Source: a bacterium
GTDB taxonomy: Bacteria > Bacillota_I > Bacilli_A > RF39 > UBA660
DNA length: 57,779 bases
Assembly: GCA_014846175.1 (NCBI GenBank)
Contig: RKAV01000062.1
Span: 1-57,779 of the forward strand
Direction: 5' to 3'
Shown: one piece after another, positions 9,397 to 20,062 of the stretch
How positions within the stretch are numbered: the stretch's first letter is position 1
Layout: each line of letters opens with the position of its first letter
Notes under the pieces: generated by a model
What the model was told of the DNA's origin: nothing
The model's database searches: none
The model's input: the letters and a program-made list of their open reading frames with translations, nothing else
Position numbers and translations under genes: made by a program

Positions 9397-11634
9397 ATGA
9401 AAGAAGAATGGAAAGGCTTTAATGAAGGAGCTTGGACAAAAGAAATTAATGTAAATGATTTCATTAAGAAAAACTATAAGAAGTATGAAGGTGATGAAAG
9501 CTTTTTAGTAGGACCAACTGATAAAACTAAAAGAGTTTTAAAAGTCTATGATGATATGTGTAAAGAAGAAGTTAAAAAACATGTTATTGATATAGATACA
9601 GTACATCCTGCTGGAATTAATGCTTTTAAACCTGGATATATATCAGAAGATGATGATGTAATTGTTGGACTTCAAACTGATGAATTAGGTAAAAGAGAAA
9701 TTGTTCCTAAAGGTGGAATAAAGATGGTTTATCAGGAGTTAGAAGCTTATGGTTATAAGATGGATTCTACTCTTGAACATTTTATAAAAGATACTAATCT
9801 TGTTAAGACTCATAATGATGGAGTATTTGATGCTTATACAACTGAAATTAGACGTGCTCGTCATAATAAGTTATTAACAGGACTTCCTGATGCTTATGGA
9901 CGTGGAAGAATAATAGGTGACTATAGAAGAGTAGCATTATATGGTATTGATTATTTAATGGAACAGAAGAAAAATGACTGGGATAACATGAAGATAACAG
10001 TTATGGATGATGAAACTATTAGACTTCGTGAAGAAATATCAATGCAGTATAGAGCCTTGAATGAAATTAAAGAAATGGCTAAGAGTTATGGATTTGATAT
10101 TTCAGGGCCAGCTAAGAATGCTAAAGAAGCAGTACAATGGACATATTTTGGTTATTTAGCTGCTATTAAAGAAAATAATGGTGCTGCAATGAGTTTAGGT
10201 AGAGTAGATGCTTTCTTTGATATATACTTTGAAAGAGATTTAGCAAATGGTACTCTAACTGAAAGTGATGTTCAAGAAATAGTTGATCAATTTGTTATTA
10301 AACTAAGAGCAGCAAGACATTTAAGAACACCAGAATATGATGAATTATTCTCAGGTGATCCTACTTGGGTTACTTGTTCATTAGGTGGTATGACTAATGA
10401 AGGAGAAACATTAGTTAATAAGACAAGTTTCAGAATTGTTCATACCCTAGAGAACTTAGAGAGTGCCCCTGAACCTAATATGACTGTTTTATGGGCTGAT
10501 AAGTTACCAGAGTCTTGGAAGAAATATTGTGCTAAAGTAAGTATTGCTACTGACTCTATTCAATATGAAAATGATGATGTAATGCGTCCATCTATGGGTG
10601 ATGATTATGGTATAGCTTGTTGTGTATCAGCCATGAGACTTGGTAAAGATATGCAATTCTTTGGAGCTCGTTGTAATCTTGCTAAGACTTTGTTATATGC
10701 CCTAAATGGTGGCGTTGATGAAGTAAGACGTGATTTAGTTATTCCTGGTTTTGAAAAGATGACTGATGAAGTACTTGATTATGATAAGGTAAAAGATGCT
10801 TACTATAAGATGATGCATGAAGTAGCAAGAATCTATTCTGATGCTATGAATATTATTCACTACATGCATGATAAGTATGCTTATGAAGCTGGTCAAATGG
10901 CTCTACATGATACTTATGTTAATAGATTAATGGCTTATGGTGTAGCTGGATTTTCAGTAGCAGTAGATTCATTATCAGCTATTAAATATGCTAAAGTAAA
11001 ACCAATTAGAGATGAAGATGGTATAACTGTTGATTTTGAAATTGAAGGAGATTATCCTAAATTCGGTAATGATGATGATAGAGTAGATGACATTGCTAAA
11101 GAAATAATTAATAAATTCTATGAAGAGTTATGTCTACATCCTTGTTATAGAAAAGCTCATCCAACATTATCTATTTTAACTATCACTTCAAATGTAGTAT
11201 ATGGTTCTAATACAGGAGCTACTCCAGATGGTAGAAAAGCAGGTGTTGCCTTTGCTCCAGGAGCTAACCCAATGCATGGAAGAGATTCATCTGGTGCTAT
11301 AGCATCTCTTAACTCAGTAGCAAAATTAGATTGGGCTAATTGTTGTCGTGATGGTATTTCTAATACATTCTCAATCGTTCCTAATACTTTAGGACATAGT
11401 GAAGAAGAACGTATTGAAAACTTAGTATCATTACTAGATGGTTACTTTATTCAAGGAGCACATCACTTAAATGTAAACGTTTTAAACCGTGAGACATTAA
11501 TTGATGCTATGAATAATCCTGATAAATATCCACTACTTACAATCCGTGTTTCTGGTTATGCAGTTAGATTTAATAAACTTACAAGAAAGCAACAAGAGGA
11601 AGTAATTGCAAGAACTTTCCATGAGAAAATGTAA
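9397..11634 (+). CDS. pflB: pyruvate formate-lyase (formate C-acetyltransferase)
   Basis: 745 aa. Active-site CC (GIACCVSAM) and C-terminal glycyl-radical motif [19 protein letters not shown] lies 8 nt upstream. Confidence 0.95.
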   Translation: MKEEWKGFNEGAWTKEINVNDFIKKNYKKYEGDESFLVGPTDKTKRVLKVYDDMCKEEVKKHVIDIDTVHPAGINAFKPGYISEDDDVIVGLQTDELGKREIVPKGGIKMVYQELEAYGYKMDSTLEHFIKDTNLVKTHNDGVFDAYTTEIRRARHNKLLTGLPDAYGRGRIIGDYRRVALYGIDYLMEQKKNDWDNMKITVMDDETIRLREEISMQYRALNEIKEMAKSYGFDISGPAKNAKEAVQWTYFGYLAAIKENNGAAMSLGRVDAFFDIYFERDLANGTLTESDVQEIVDQFVIKLRAARHLRTPEYDELFSGDPTWVTCSLGGMTNEGETLVNKTSFRIVHTLENLESAPEPNMTVLWADKLPESWKKYCAKVSIATDSIQYENDDVMRPSMGDDYGIACCVSAMRLGKDMQFFGARCNLAKTLLYALNGGVDEVRRDLVIPGFEKMTDEVLDYDKVKDAYYKMMHEVARIYSDAMNIIHYMHDKYAYEAGQMALHDTYVNRLMAYGVAGFSVAVDSLSAIKYAKVKPIRDEDGITVDFEIEGDYPKFGNDDDRVDDIAKEIINKFYEELCLHPCYRKAHPTLSILTITSNVVYGSNTGATPDGRKAGVAFAPGANPMHGRDSSGAIASLNSVAKLDWANCCRDGISNTFSIVPNTLGHSEEERIENLVSLLDGYFIQGAHHLNVNVLNRETLIDAMNNPDKYPLLTIRVSGYAVRFNKLTRKQQEEVIARTFHEKM

Positions 11635-12357
11635 ATGACTGGTGCAATCGATTCTATTGAAACATTTGGACTTGTAGATGGACCGGGTATTAGAACAGTT
11701 GTCTTTTTAACAGGTTGTCGTCTTCGTTGTCTTTACTGTCATAATCCAGAAATGTGGGTTAAAAGAGAAGATAATATTACTAGTGATGAACTTGTTAAGA
11801 AAGTTTTAAGAAGTAAACCATATTTTAAAAGAAATTCTGGAGGGGTAACTTTCTCTGGAGGAGAACCCCTTCTTCAAATTGAGTTTCTAACTGATGTTTG
11901 TAAAAAATTAAAGAAGGAAGATATTCATATCGCTTTAGATACTTGTGGAGTAGGAAAAGGCGATTATGATGAAATTCTTAGTCTTGTTGATTTAATATTA
12001 TTTGATGTTAAGTTTACTACAAGAGAAGGTTATAAACATTTAACAGGTAGAGAAATGGATGACTCTTTGAAATTTATTGAAGCGATGAATAAAAGTGGTA
12101 AACCAGTTTGGATTAGACAAGTAGTTGTACCTGGTATGATGGATAGTGAAGAATATATTGACTCATTAGTAGAATATTTAAAAAAGATTGATAATGTGGA
12201 AAGAGTAGAGTTTTTACCGTTCCATCACATGGGATTTTCTAAATATGAAGAGTTAGGTATAAATAATCCATTAAAAGATGTACCACCAATGGACGTTGAT
12301 AAATGTAATGAATTACAAGAACTATTTATGAAAAAATATAGAAGACTTACTAAATGA
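11635..12357 (+). CDS. pflA: pyruvate formate-lyase activating enzyme (radical SAM)
   Basis: CRLRCLYCHNPE is a CxxxCxxC cluster motif. Starts directly after the pflB stop (TAAATG). Confidence 0.9.
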   Translation: MTGAIDSIETFGLVDGPGIRTVVFLTGCRLRCLYCHNPEMWVKREDNITSDELVKKVLRSKPYFKRNSGGVTFSGGEPLLQIEFLTDVCKKLKKEDIHIALDTCGVGKGDYDEILSLVDLILFDVKFTTREGYKHLTGREMDDSLKFIEAMNKSGKPVWIRQVVVPGMMDSEEYIDSLVEYLKKIDNVERVEFLPFHHMGFSKYEELGINNPLKDVPPMDVDKCNELQELFMKKYRRLTK

Positions 12358-12367
12358 AGTCTTCTTT

Positions 12368-12643
12368 TTAATATAAAATTAGATAATATTTAATTATTAA
12401 TAAAATAGTTTGTACTAGAAATCCAATCCATGAACATACATTAGCAGTTTTAGCAGCTTTTGGATTTGACTTTTTAAAGACATAGTATAAAACTGCTCCC
12501 ACTATCGGCATGGTTAATCCTATTATAGCACAAATAATGTTTGTAATATCACTTTCATCAGTATTATTAATTAACCTATTTCCACACTGATGACAAAAAG
12601 TATCACCTTCATTTAATTTGGCTCCACACTTTGTACAGTACAT
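12368..12643 (-). CDS. zinc-ribbon membrane protein
   Basis: MYCTKCGAKLNEGDTFCHQCG zinc ribbon followed by two hydrophobic helices. Confidence 0.5.
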   Translation of the reverse strand: MYCTKCGAKLNEGDTFCHQCGNRLINNTDESDITNIICAIIGLTMPIVGAVLYYVFKKSNPKAAKTANVCSWIGFLVQTILLIIKYYLILY

Positions 12644-12662
12644 ATTTAACTCCTTTCCAAAA

Positions 12663-13082
12663 TTAATAAGCTGTTATTTTGTGAAAATTACAGTGATTTA
12701 TTTTTATATCTTCTGAAAACATATCGATTGTAGAAAATCTCCATGTTTCTTTTCCTAAAAGATTATTTGTATTATCTATTGCTGTCCCAAGATTATTACC
12801 AGCATCATCATAACAAATGAATTCAATTTCTACATATTGATAATCTTTGTTATTGTTATTTGTAACAGTACCTTCTATACGGTGCAATCCTAATTCATCA
12901 GTATACTCATTTGTTATTTCGTGTGTAAAATTATCTTCAGTATTACTATTGAAATCAGTGTTTATTATTGGATTTGAACTTTCCTCATCAAAAAAGTCTT
13001 TCCTTTCACTACTGCATCCAGTTAGGGTTAATAACAAAATAAAAATAACGGTTATTGATATAAAAATGTTTTGTTTTTTCAT
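12663..13082 (-). CDS. lipoprotein of unknown function
   Basis: MKKQNIFISITVIFILLLTLTGCSS has a lipobox LTGC. SD AAAGGAG precedes this ATG. Confidence 0.55.
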   Translation of the reverse strand: MKKQNIFISITVIFILLLTLTGCSSERKDFFDEESSNPIINTDFNSNTEDNFTHEITNEYTDELGLHRIEGTVTNNNNKDYQYVEIEFICYDDAGNNLGTAIDNTNNLLGKETWRFSTIDMFSEDIKINHCNFHKITAY

Positions 13083-13187
13083 GTTAACTCCTTTCAATTT
13101 TAATTATAGCATACAAACTTCTACTAGGCGACATATTTTTTTTGATAATTGTGGAATAATGTCTTTATGGAAAGGAAGTTGACTTCT

Positions 13188-13427
13188 ATGAGTAGATATT
13201 CAAAACATAATTTATCAATTCAGGTAAGAAAAAACATTAGAAAATATCGTCTTATTAGAAGTTATACCTTGCAAGAATTAGCAGATATGACTAATTTAAC
13301 TCATGGTTATGTTAGAGATTTGGAATGTTTGTCCATAGATAAAACTCCAACTTTAGAAACGATTGGTAAATTTGCTGATGCTTTAGAAATTGATATAAGA
13401 CAATTGTTTGATGACGTTGAAGTTTAA
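13188..13427 (+). CDS. XRE-family helix-turn-helix transcriptional regulator
   Basis: YTLQELADMTNLTHGYVRDLE is an HTH_3-type motif. SD AAAGGAAG lies 9 nt upstream of the ATG at 13188. Confidence 0.7.
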   Translation: MSRYSKHNLSIQVRKNIRKYRLIRSYTLQELADMTNLTHGYVRDLECLSIDKTPTLETIGKFADALEIDIRQLFDDVEV

Positions 13428-13493
13428 AAAAGTCAATTTAGGTATTCCCTTTTAAAAGTAAATGTGCTATACTAACGTAGTAAATCAATTCAT

Positions 13494-13569
13494 GGGCTGT
13501 TAGCTCAGTTGGTAGAGCAACTGACTCTTAATCAGTGGGTCTAGGGTTCGAATCCCTAACAGCCCACCA
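13494..13569 (+). tRNA. tRNA-Lys (anticodon CTT)
   Basis: Cloverleaf read by hand: acceptor GGGCTGT/ACAGCCC, anticodon loop CTCTTAA, T-loop GGTTCGAATCC, encoded CCA. Confidence 0.9.
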
Positions 13570-13585
13570 TGTATTGTAATTAAAG

Positions 13586-13609
13586 CTCTATTTAAAATAG
13601 AGTTTTTTT
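13586..13609 (+). terminator. terminator after tRNA-Lys
   Basis: CTCTAT-ttaaa-ATAGAG hairpin plus a T7 run. Confidence 0.6.
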
Positions 13610-13637
13610 GTTAGATTATTATAGTAGGAGGGAAAAT

Positions 13638-14291
13638 ATGTTGGACAAATATAACTTAACTAAAAAAGAAAATGTTTTTTTAGCTAAGAAGGTACTAGTA
13701 TCTAGTATTTATAATAGTGCAAAGTTAGAAGGGATAAATACAACTTATCCAGATACAAAAACTATTCTAGATGGAGCCAATGTTCCTTCATTAAGATTGG
13801 ATGAGATTAATTGTATTTTAAATTTAAGGGATGCTTGGAATTTTGTTCTCTCTAATATAGATGAAGCCATAACCCTTGATTTTATATGCAAAATTAATTC
13901 ATTTGTTTCAAGAAATGAGTCATTGGAGTGGGGAGTACTTAGAACAGGAAAAGTCGGTATAAATGGTGTTGATTATATTCCAGATATACCGAATGAAGCA
14001 AAAATAATTGCCGATATAAAAAATATTATGGAAGAGAAGAACATAACTAGAAGAAGCTTAGTACTTATGCTTTATTTGATGCGTACACAGGTTTTTTGGG
14101 ATGGTAATAAGAGAACCAGTATGATAGTAGCTAATAAGATTATGATAGAAAATGGTTGTGGAGTCATTACTATTAAAGAGGAATATTTTAAGGAATTTAA
14201 TAGTTTACTTACAGAATACTATAATACTAATAAAATGGAATCTCTACTTAAATTTTTATACAATAATTGTATTTTTGGAATGGAAATATAG
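13638..14291 (+). CDS. Fic/DOC-family protein with non-canonical motif
   Basis: QVFWDGNKRTSMIVANKIM aligns with the Fic/Doc core HxFx(D/N)(G/A)NKR, but with Gln at the His position. SD AGGAGGG precedes the ATG at 13638. The 13608 start overlaps the tRNA terminator. Confidence 0.6.
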   Translation: MLDKYNLTKKENVFLAKKVLVSSIYNSAKLEGINTTYPDTKTILDGANVPSLRLDEINCILNLRDAWNFVLSNIDEAITLDFICKINSFVSRNESLEWGVLRTGKVGINGVDYIPDIPNEAKIIADIKNIMEEKNITRRSLVLMLYLMRTQVFWDGNKRTSMIVANKIMIENGCGVITIKEEYFKEFNSLLTEYYNTNKMESLLKFLYNNCIFGMEI

Positions 14292-14428
14292 AGTATGGTT
14301 TATTAACATTAAAAGTGCACCTGTTATGCACTTTTTATTTTAAAATAGCAAAAAACTATTGACGAACATATTTTCTATGGTATAATAATCCTACTTGAAA
14401 AAAATATATAAAAGAAAGGAAGAAAAAT

Positions 14429-14752
14429 ATGGAAGAAATAATAATGACAAAATTTTTAGCCTATAAGAGTGGCTTTATAAGTGGAAAGTATGATTTTTTA
14501 GGATCTGTTGTAACTAATCAAGCTATGATTAATGTAAATGTTTCGGAAGATTCAATTAAAGAAGGCTGGTTTCTATTCGGTTATACTGATGCTATAGAGT
14601 TTTATGAAGATAGATTTAGTAAAGGACTAGATATTCGTAATATAAGAACAAATGATGTTGTTAAAGATTTATATGCTAAAAGAGTTACTGATTATAATGT
14701 AACTAATAAAGAAAATGTTCCTATCTGTAAATTTAAAATTAAGAAATTATAA
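14429..14752 (+). CDS. hypothetical protein (107 aa)
   Basis: ORF with SD AAAGGAAG upstream, 9 nt before the DUF1848 gene. Confidence 0.4.
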   Translation: MEEIIMTKFLAYKSGFISGKYDFLGSVVTNQAMINVNVSEDSIKEGWFLFGYTDAIEFYEDRFSKGLDIRNIRTNDVVKDLYAKRVTDYNVTNKENVPICKFKIKKL

Positions 14753-14761
14753 TGGTGGGAA

Positions 14762-15649
14762 ATGATTTTATTTGTAAGTGGTAGAACTGATATAGTAGCT
14801 TTTTATACTCCTTGGTTTATTAATAGATATAAAGAGGGGTATGTTGATGTTAGAAATCCCTTTTATCCTAGTTTAGTAAGTAGAATATATTTTGAAGATG
14901 TAGATTTATTATACTTTTGTACTAAGAATCCTTTACCTATAATCCCTTATCTAAGGGAGTTTAAAAAGAAAGTATTATTTAATGTAACAATAACACCATA
15001 TAAAAATGATATAGAATTAAATGTTCCTAATAAAAGTTTAATAATAGATGGAGTTAAACAAATAGCTGAGATTATTGGTAAAGATAATATTTATATTAGG
15101 TACGACCCAATTTTTCTAAGTAAAAAGTATAATCTTAATTATCATATTAAAGCTTTTGAAAGACTTTGTTCTTTACTAGATGGTTGTACTAATCATATAA
15201 TAATTTCTTTTATAGATGATTATAAGAATGTAAGAAAGAACATGAATAGTTTAAAGATAATTCCTTTTACTAAAGAAGATTATAAAGAAATAGGAGTTAA
15301 TTTTAGTAGAATAGCTAATAAATATAATATTACTTGTCAAACATGTTTTGAAAAAGAAAACTTAGTGGAGTATGGTTTTATCAAAGAAGATTGTCTTAGT
15401 AAAAAACTAGCTTATTCTTTAACTGGTAAGAACTATAAGAAAGGAAAAATGCGAAAAGGAAATCTATGTAATTGTGTTGAAATGGTAGATATTGGTGCTT
15501 ATAATTCTTGTAAACACTTATGTAAATATTGTTATGCTAATTATGATGAAGCAAAAGTTAATGAAAACTATAGAAATCATGATGTAAACTCATCACTATT
15601 AATTGGACATCTTACTGATAAAGATACGATAAAAGTAAGAAAAACATAA
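14762..15649 (+). CDS. DUF1848-family protein (putative Fe-S / radical-SAM-like)
   Basis: The N-terminus MILFVSGRTDIVAFYTPWFINRYKEGYVDVRNPF matches the conserved DUF1848 start as I recall it. C-terminal cysteine cluster CNCVEMVDIGAYNSCKHLCKYCYAN. Confidence 0.7.
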   Translation: MILFVSGRTDIVAFYTPWFINRYKEGYVDVRNPFYPSLVSRIYFEDVDLLYFCTKNPLPIIPYLREFKKKVLFNVTITPYKNDIELNVPNKSLIIDGVKQIAEIIGKDNIYIRYDPIFLSKKYNLNYHIKAFERLCSLLDGCTNHIIISFIDDYKNVRKNMNSLKIIPFTKEDYKEIGVNFSRIANKYNITCQTCFEKENLVEYGFIKEDCLSKKLAYSLTGKNYKKGKMRKGNLCNCVEMVDIGAYNSCKHLCKYCYANYDEAKVNENYRNHDVNSSLLIGHLTDKDTIKVRKT

Positions 15650-15671
15650 ATATAATTTGGAGGTAAAAACT

Positions 15672-17402
15672 ATGCATGAATTTATAAAGAATATTAAGTG
15701 TATTTGGAAATATGCTAGAAAAGAAAAAAGAGGAATAATTATTTATATAGTATTAAGTTTCTTTAATATAGTTTTTAGTGTTGCTTTTCCATTTGCTTTT
15801 TCAACTATAATAGTTAATCTAACAGATAATAAACTTAATCAAGTAATTTATACTGGTATAGTAATTTTAAGTTTGTGTATTATAGATAATATTTTTTCCT
15901 TTTTTAGAAATAGACTTTATGAAAAAATATTTAGAGAAATTTATATTGATATACAGTCTGATTTAGGAAAAGAGATATTAAAACTAAATAATAAGACTTT
16001 AGAGGAAAATAGTTCTGGTGTATTTATTCAAAGATTAGTTGATGATACTGAAAGTATTTCTACAATCTTTACCGATATGAGTGAATATATTACTGGAATT
16101 GTTTCTAATTTAGGAATAATAGTTAGTTATTTTATATTATGCAAGCCGATGTTTTTCTTTGTTTTATTTGTCCTTTTAGCAAGACTCCTTCTTGAGACAA
16201 AAAGAATAGATAAATATAATAAAAGTGAAAAAGAGTACAAAAAATATAATGATTCAATGACTGGTTTTGCTGGTGAAATAGTTCGTGGTGCAGAGGATAT
16301 TAAAATGTTAAACGGTGAAGTTAGCTTTCTAACAGAACTTAAAGATAGATTTAGAAAATTAAATAATCAAAAGTATGAAATGGAGAATAAAAATTTATCA
16401 TATATTTTTGTAAGATGGTCATTTTCAGATGTATGCAACTTTATAACCCTTTTAATAGTTGTTTCTCAGATAAGAATAAATGCTATTTCAGTAGCAGTCG
16501 GTGTTGTTATTATAAACTTTGGGAGTAGTTATAATAATTTGATACAAAATATTACTTCTTTTCACGAATTAATTAAGGAATTTAATTTATCAGCTTCACG
16601 TGTTTTTGATATATTTGATAATACTAAATATCCAAAAGAAAAGTTTGGTAGTGAGCATCTAACTAAAATTAATGGTGACTTTGAATTTAAAAATGTGACT
16701 TTTAAATACAATACTAAGTTGGTTCTTAATGATTTAAGTTTCAAAGTTAATGCTAATGAAACAGTTGCATTTGTTGGAAAAAGTGGAGCAGGTAAAACAA
16801 CAATCTTTAATCTACTATGCAAAATGTATGATAACTATGATGGAACAATTACGATGGATAGTGTTGATATAAAAAAATTAGATAAAGATACTATCAGAGG
16901 TAATATTACGATTGTTAGTCAAAACCCTTATATCTTTAATATGAGTATTAAAGATAATTTAAAATTAGTAAAAAATGATTTGACAGATGAAGAAATGGTT
17001 GAGGCTTGTAAATTAGCTTGCTTGGATGAATATATTAGTTCTCTACCTAATAAATACGATACAATAGTTGGAGAAGGTGGAGTTAATTTATCAGGTGGTG
17101 AAAAACAAAGACTTGCTATTGCAAGAGCATTTCTTCAAAAGACAGAGATTATCTTATTTGATGAAGCTAGTAGTGCCCTTGATAATGAAACACAGGCAAA
17201 AATACAAAAAGCTATAGACAACTTACAAAAAGATTATACAATTTTAATGATTGCTCACCGTTTATCAACAATTCAGAATGCTGATAGAATATTACTACTT
17301 GATGATGGTAGAATAAAAGCTGAAGGTACCCATAAAGAATTATTAAAAAATAGTAAACTGTATAAAAGTCTTTATGAAAAAGAAATTACTAAGAAAGATT
17401 AG
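15672..17402 (+). CDS. ABC transporter, fused permease/ATP-binding (type I exporter, MsbA-like)
   Basis: Six-helix N-terminal TMD, Walker A GKSGAGKTT, signature LSGGEKQR, Walker B ILFDEASSALD, H-loop IAHRL. Confidence 0.85.
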   Translation: MHEFIKNIKCIWKYARKEKRGIIIYIVLSFFNIVFSVAFPFAFSTIIVNLTDNKLNQVIYTGIVILSLCIIDNIFSFFRNRLYEKIFREIYIDIQSDLGKEILKLNNKTLEENSSGVFIQRLVDDTESISTIFTDMSEYITGIVSNLGIIVSYFILCKPMFFFVLFVLLARLLLETKRIDKYNKSEKEYKKYNDSMTGFAGEIVRGAEDIKMLNGEVSFLTELKDRFRKLNNQKYEMENKNLSYIFVRWSFSDVCNFITLLIVVSQIRINAISVAVGVVIINFGSSYNNLIQNITSFHELIKEFNLSASRVFDIFDNTKYPKEKFGSEHLTKINGDFEFKNVTFKYNTKLVLNDLSFKVNANETVAFVGKSGAGKTTIFNLLCKMYDNYDGTITMDSVDIKKLDKDTIRGNITIVSQNPYIFNMSIKDNLKLVKNDLTDEEMVEACKLACLDEYISSLPNKYDTIVGEGGVNLSGGEKQRLAIARAFLQKTEIILFDEASSALDNETQAKIQKAIDNLQKDYTILMIAHRLSTIQNADRILLLDDGRIKAEGTHKELLKNSKLYKSLYEKEITKKD

Positions 17403-17463
17403 TTATTAGCATCTTTAAATTTTTTTTCAGATGTTTTATAATTAATTAGAAGGTAGGGATTTT

Positions 17464-20052
17464 ATGGTACCAAAGTTTTCTAGAAAAGATGTAGTTAATT
17501 TTAATGAAGAAACATTATATAAAGAATATAAAGATTATGTAGATAAAGATAAAGATTATCTATTTAAAATATTTAATAGTAAAGATACAGGACTTACTAA
17601 TAAAGAGGTAATTAAAAGACGGGAAGAGAATGGAAGAAATGTTATTAATGAAGAAAAGAAGAAAAGTATTTTTACCTTTTTAATAGATTCTTTTAAAGAT
17701 CCATTCATTTATATATTAATAATTTTAGCAACTATTAACTTTTTATTAGGGGATAAATTAGGGGCTTTAATAATTATAATATTAGCACTTACTAGTAGTA
17801 TTATTAGACTTATTCAAGACTATTCGGCTTATAAATTTGATGTAAAATTAAAATCTAAGATATTTACAGTAACTACTGTTATTAGACAAGGTATAGTAAA
17901 AGAGATACCTACAAAAGATATAGTAGTAGGTGATATAATTGAACTTAATGCTGGAAGTATTATACCTAGTGATGCTATTTTATTAGAATCTAAAGATTTA
18001 TTTGTAAATCAAGGGGTATTTACAGGGGAAAGTGTACCAGTAGAAAAGAAAATAAGTAAGAATGGTAAAAGCTTACTTTCAATGGATAGAATATTACTAA
18101 TGAATACTAGTGTAGTAACAGGAAGAGGTAAAGCTTTGGTTATTAAAACAGGAAAGGATACTTATCTTGGAAACATATCTAAGTCAACTCTAAAAAATAA
18201 GACCTTAACTAACTTTGAAATAGGAATGAACGCGATTAGTAAAACCTTAATTCAATATATGCTAGTTATTACAGTATTAGTATTTATCTTAAATGTTCTT
18301 ATTCATCACAATATCTTAGAAGCTTTCTTCTTTGCAGTTTCAGTAGCAGTTGGTATTACACCATCAATGTTACCAATGATAGTTAACGTAAACTTAAGTA
18401 AAGGTGCTAAATCACTAGCTAAAAAAGATACTTTAGTAAAAAGAAGTGAAGCGATTGAAAACTTAGGAGCAATAGATGTTTTATGTACTGATAAGACAGG
18501 TACTTTAACTAAAGGAGAAATAATACTTACTTTGTCACTTGATAGTGAATTTAAAGATAGTATAGATGTTTTGAAATATGCTTATATAAATAGTGTTTAT
18601 AGTACAGGAATAAAAAATATAGTAGATAAAGCGATTATTTCTTATGCTAAGAAAAGAGATATTGAAATAGATAAATATGAAAAAGTAGATGAAATACCAT
18701 TTGATTATGAAAGAAGAAAAGCTAGTATTATTATAAAGGATACTAACGATTATAGAATGATTACTAAAGGAGCTTTAATAGAAGTAATAGATAGTTGTGA
18801 TAGTATTTATTTAAATAAAGAAATAATTAAACTTAATAAGAAAATAAGAGATGATATTTTAACTAAAGCTAGAGAATTAAGTAAAAAAGGTATGCAGGTG
18901 ATTGCTCTTGCTAGTAAAAAGTACACTGATAATAATATTACTGATGATAAAGGATTAGTTTTTTTAGGAGTAGTAGCTTTTGAAGATCCAATTAAACCAG
19001 GAGTTAAAAACACTATTAATAATTTAAAAAGAGTTGGTATTACTACTAAGATATTAACAGGTGATAATGTAGAAGCAACTCAAAATATTTGTTCTTTAGC
19101 AGATATTCCTAATGATAAAGTAGTTACAGGTGAAGAGTTTAGTAAACTTAGTTTGGCTGAACAGAAAAAGATGGTCGAAGAGGTATCTGTTTTTGCTAGA
19201 CTTACCCCACTTGAAAAAGATAACATTATTAAATTACTAAAAGAAAATGGACATGTCGTTGGTTATATGGGTGATGGAGTTAATGATGCTCCAAGTCTTA
19301 TTAGAGCAGATGTAGGAATAAGTGTTAATACAGCTACTTCTATTGCTAAAGAAGCTAGTGATATAATTCTTCTTAAGAAAAGTTTAAAGGTAGTTTATGA
19401 AGGAGTATTAGAAGGTAGAAAAGTCTATGGAAATATTATGAAATATATGAAAATGGCTTTATCAGCTGCTTTTGGAGATGTCTTTAGTGTCTTCTTAGCC
19501 AGTATTTTCTTACCATTCTTACCAATGCTTCCTATTCAGTTTTTACTTCAAGACTTATTGTATGATATGTCACAAACAATGATACCGTTTGATGATGTAG
19601 ATAAAGAATTTTTAATAGTACCTCATAAGTGGGATACTAGTGATTTAAGAAGGTTTATGAATATTATGGGAGTTGTAGCTTCCTCAATAGATATAGTAGC
19701 ATTTATTGGCTTTTACTATTTATTAGGTTTTAATGCTAATAATCCAGTAATGTTTCAAACAGCTTGGTTTATTGAAGGAGTTATTTCACAAACTTTAATA
19801 GTTCATTTTGTAAGAACTGCTAAGATACCATTTATAGAATCAACTGCTAATAAATATTTATTAATTTCTACTTTCTTATGTATAATAGCATCTATGATAT
19901 TACCAATTTTATTAGCACCTATTAAGTCCTTCCATTTCACTTATCTACCACTTAACTTTTATATATTTGTAATCTTTTTATCATTACTATATATTGTAGT
20001 AGAAGAAATAGTTAAGAAAATGTATATTAAAAAATATAAAAGATGGTTATAG
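17464..20052 (+). CDS. mgtA: magnesium-translocating P-type ATPase (MgtA-like)
   Basis: DKTGTLT phosphorylation site, MGDGVNDAPSL hinge. The C-terminal PFLPMLPIQFLLQDLLYD...PFDDVDKEF...KWD segment is typical of MgtA/MgtB. Confidence 0.8.
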   Translation: MVPKFSRKDVVNFNEETLYKEYKDYVDKDKDYLFKIFNSKDTGLTNKEVIKRREENGRNVINEEKKKSIFTFLIDSFKDPFIYILIILATINFLLGDKLGALIIIILALTSSIIRLIQDYSAYKFDVKLKSKIFTVTTVIRQGIVKEIPTKDIVVGDIIELNAGSIIPSDAILLESKDLFVNQGVFTGESVPVEKKISKNGKSLLSMDRILLMNTSVVTGRGKALVIKTGKDTYLGNISKSTLKNKTLTNFEIGMNAISKTLIQYMLVITVLVFILNVLIHHNILEAFFFAVSVAVGITPSMLPMIVNVNLSKGAKSLAKKDTLVKRSEAIENLGAIDVLCTDKTGTLTKGEIILTLSLDSEFKDSIDVLKYAYINSVYSTGIKNIVDKAIISYAKKRDIEIDKYEKVDEIPFDYERRKASIIIKDTNDYRMITKGALIEVIDSCDSIYLNKEIIKLNKKIRDDILTKARELSKKGMQVIALASKKYTDNNITDDKGLVFLGVVAFEDPIKPGVKNTINNLKRVGITTKILTGDNVEATQNICSLADIPNDKVVTGEEFSKLSLAEQKKMVEEVSVFARLTPLEKDNIIKLLKENGHVVGYMGDGVNDAPSLIRADVGISVNTATSIAKEASDIILLKKSLKVVYEGVLEGRKVYGNIMKYMKMALSAAFGDVFSVFLASIFLPFLPMLPIQFLLQDLLYDMSQTMIPFDDVDKEFLIVPHKWDTSDLRRFMNIMGVVASSIDIVAFIGFYYLLGFNANNPVMFQTAWFIEGVISQTLIVHFVRTAKIPFIESTANKYLLISTFLCIIASMILPILLAPIKSFHFTYLPLNFYIFVIFLSLLYIVVEEIVKKMYIKKYKRWL

Positions 20053-20062
20053 GTGATAAAAA

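Noticed and set aside
17403-17463. Mg2+ riboswitch (M-box) upstream of the mgtA-like gene
   Set aside because: The intergenic region is only about 60 nt, too short for an M-box aptamer. No conserved structured segment is visible.
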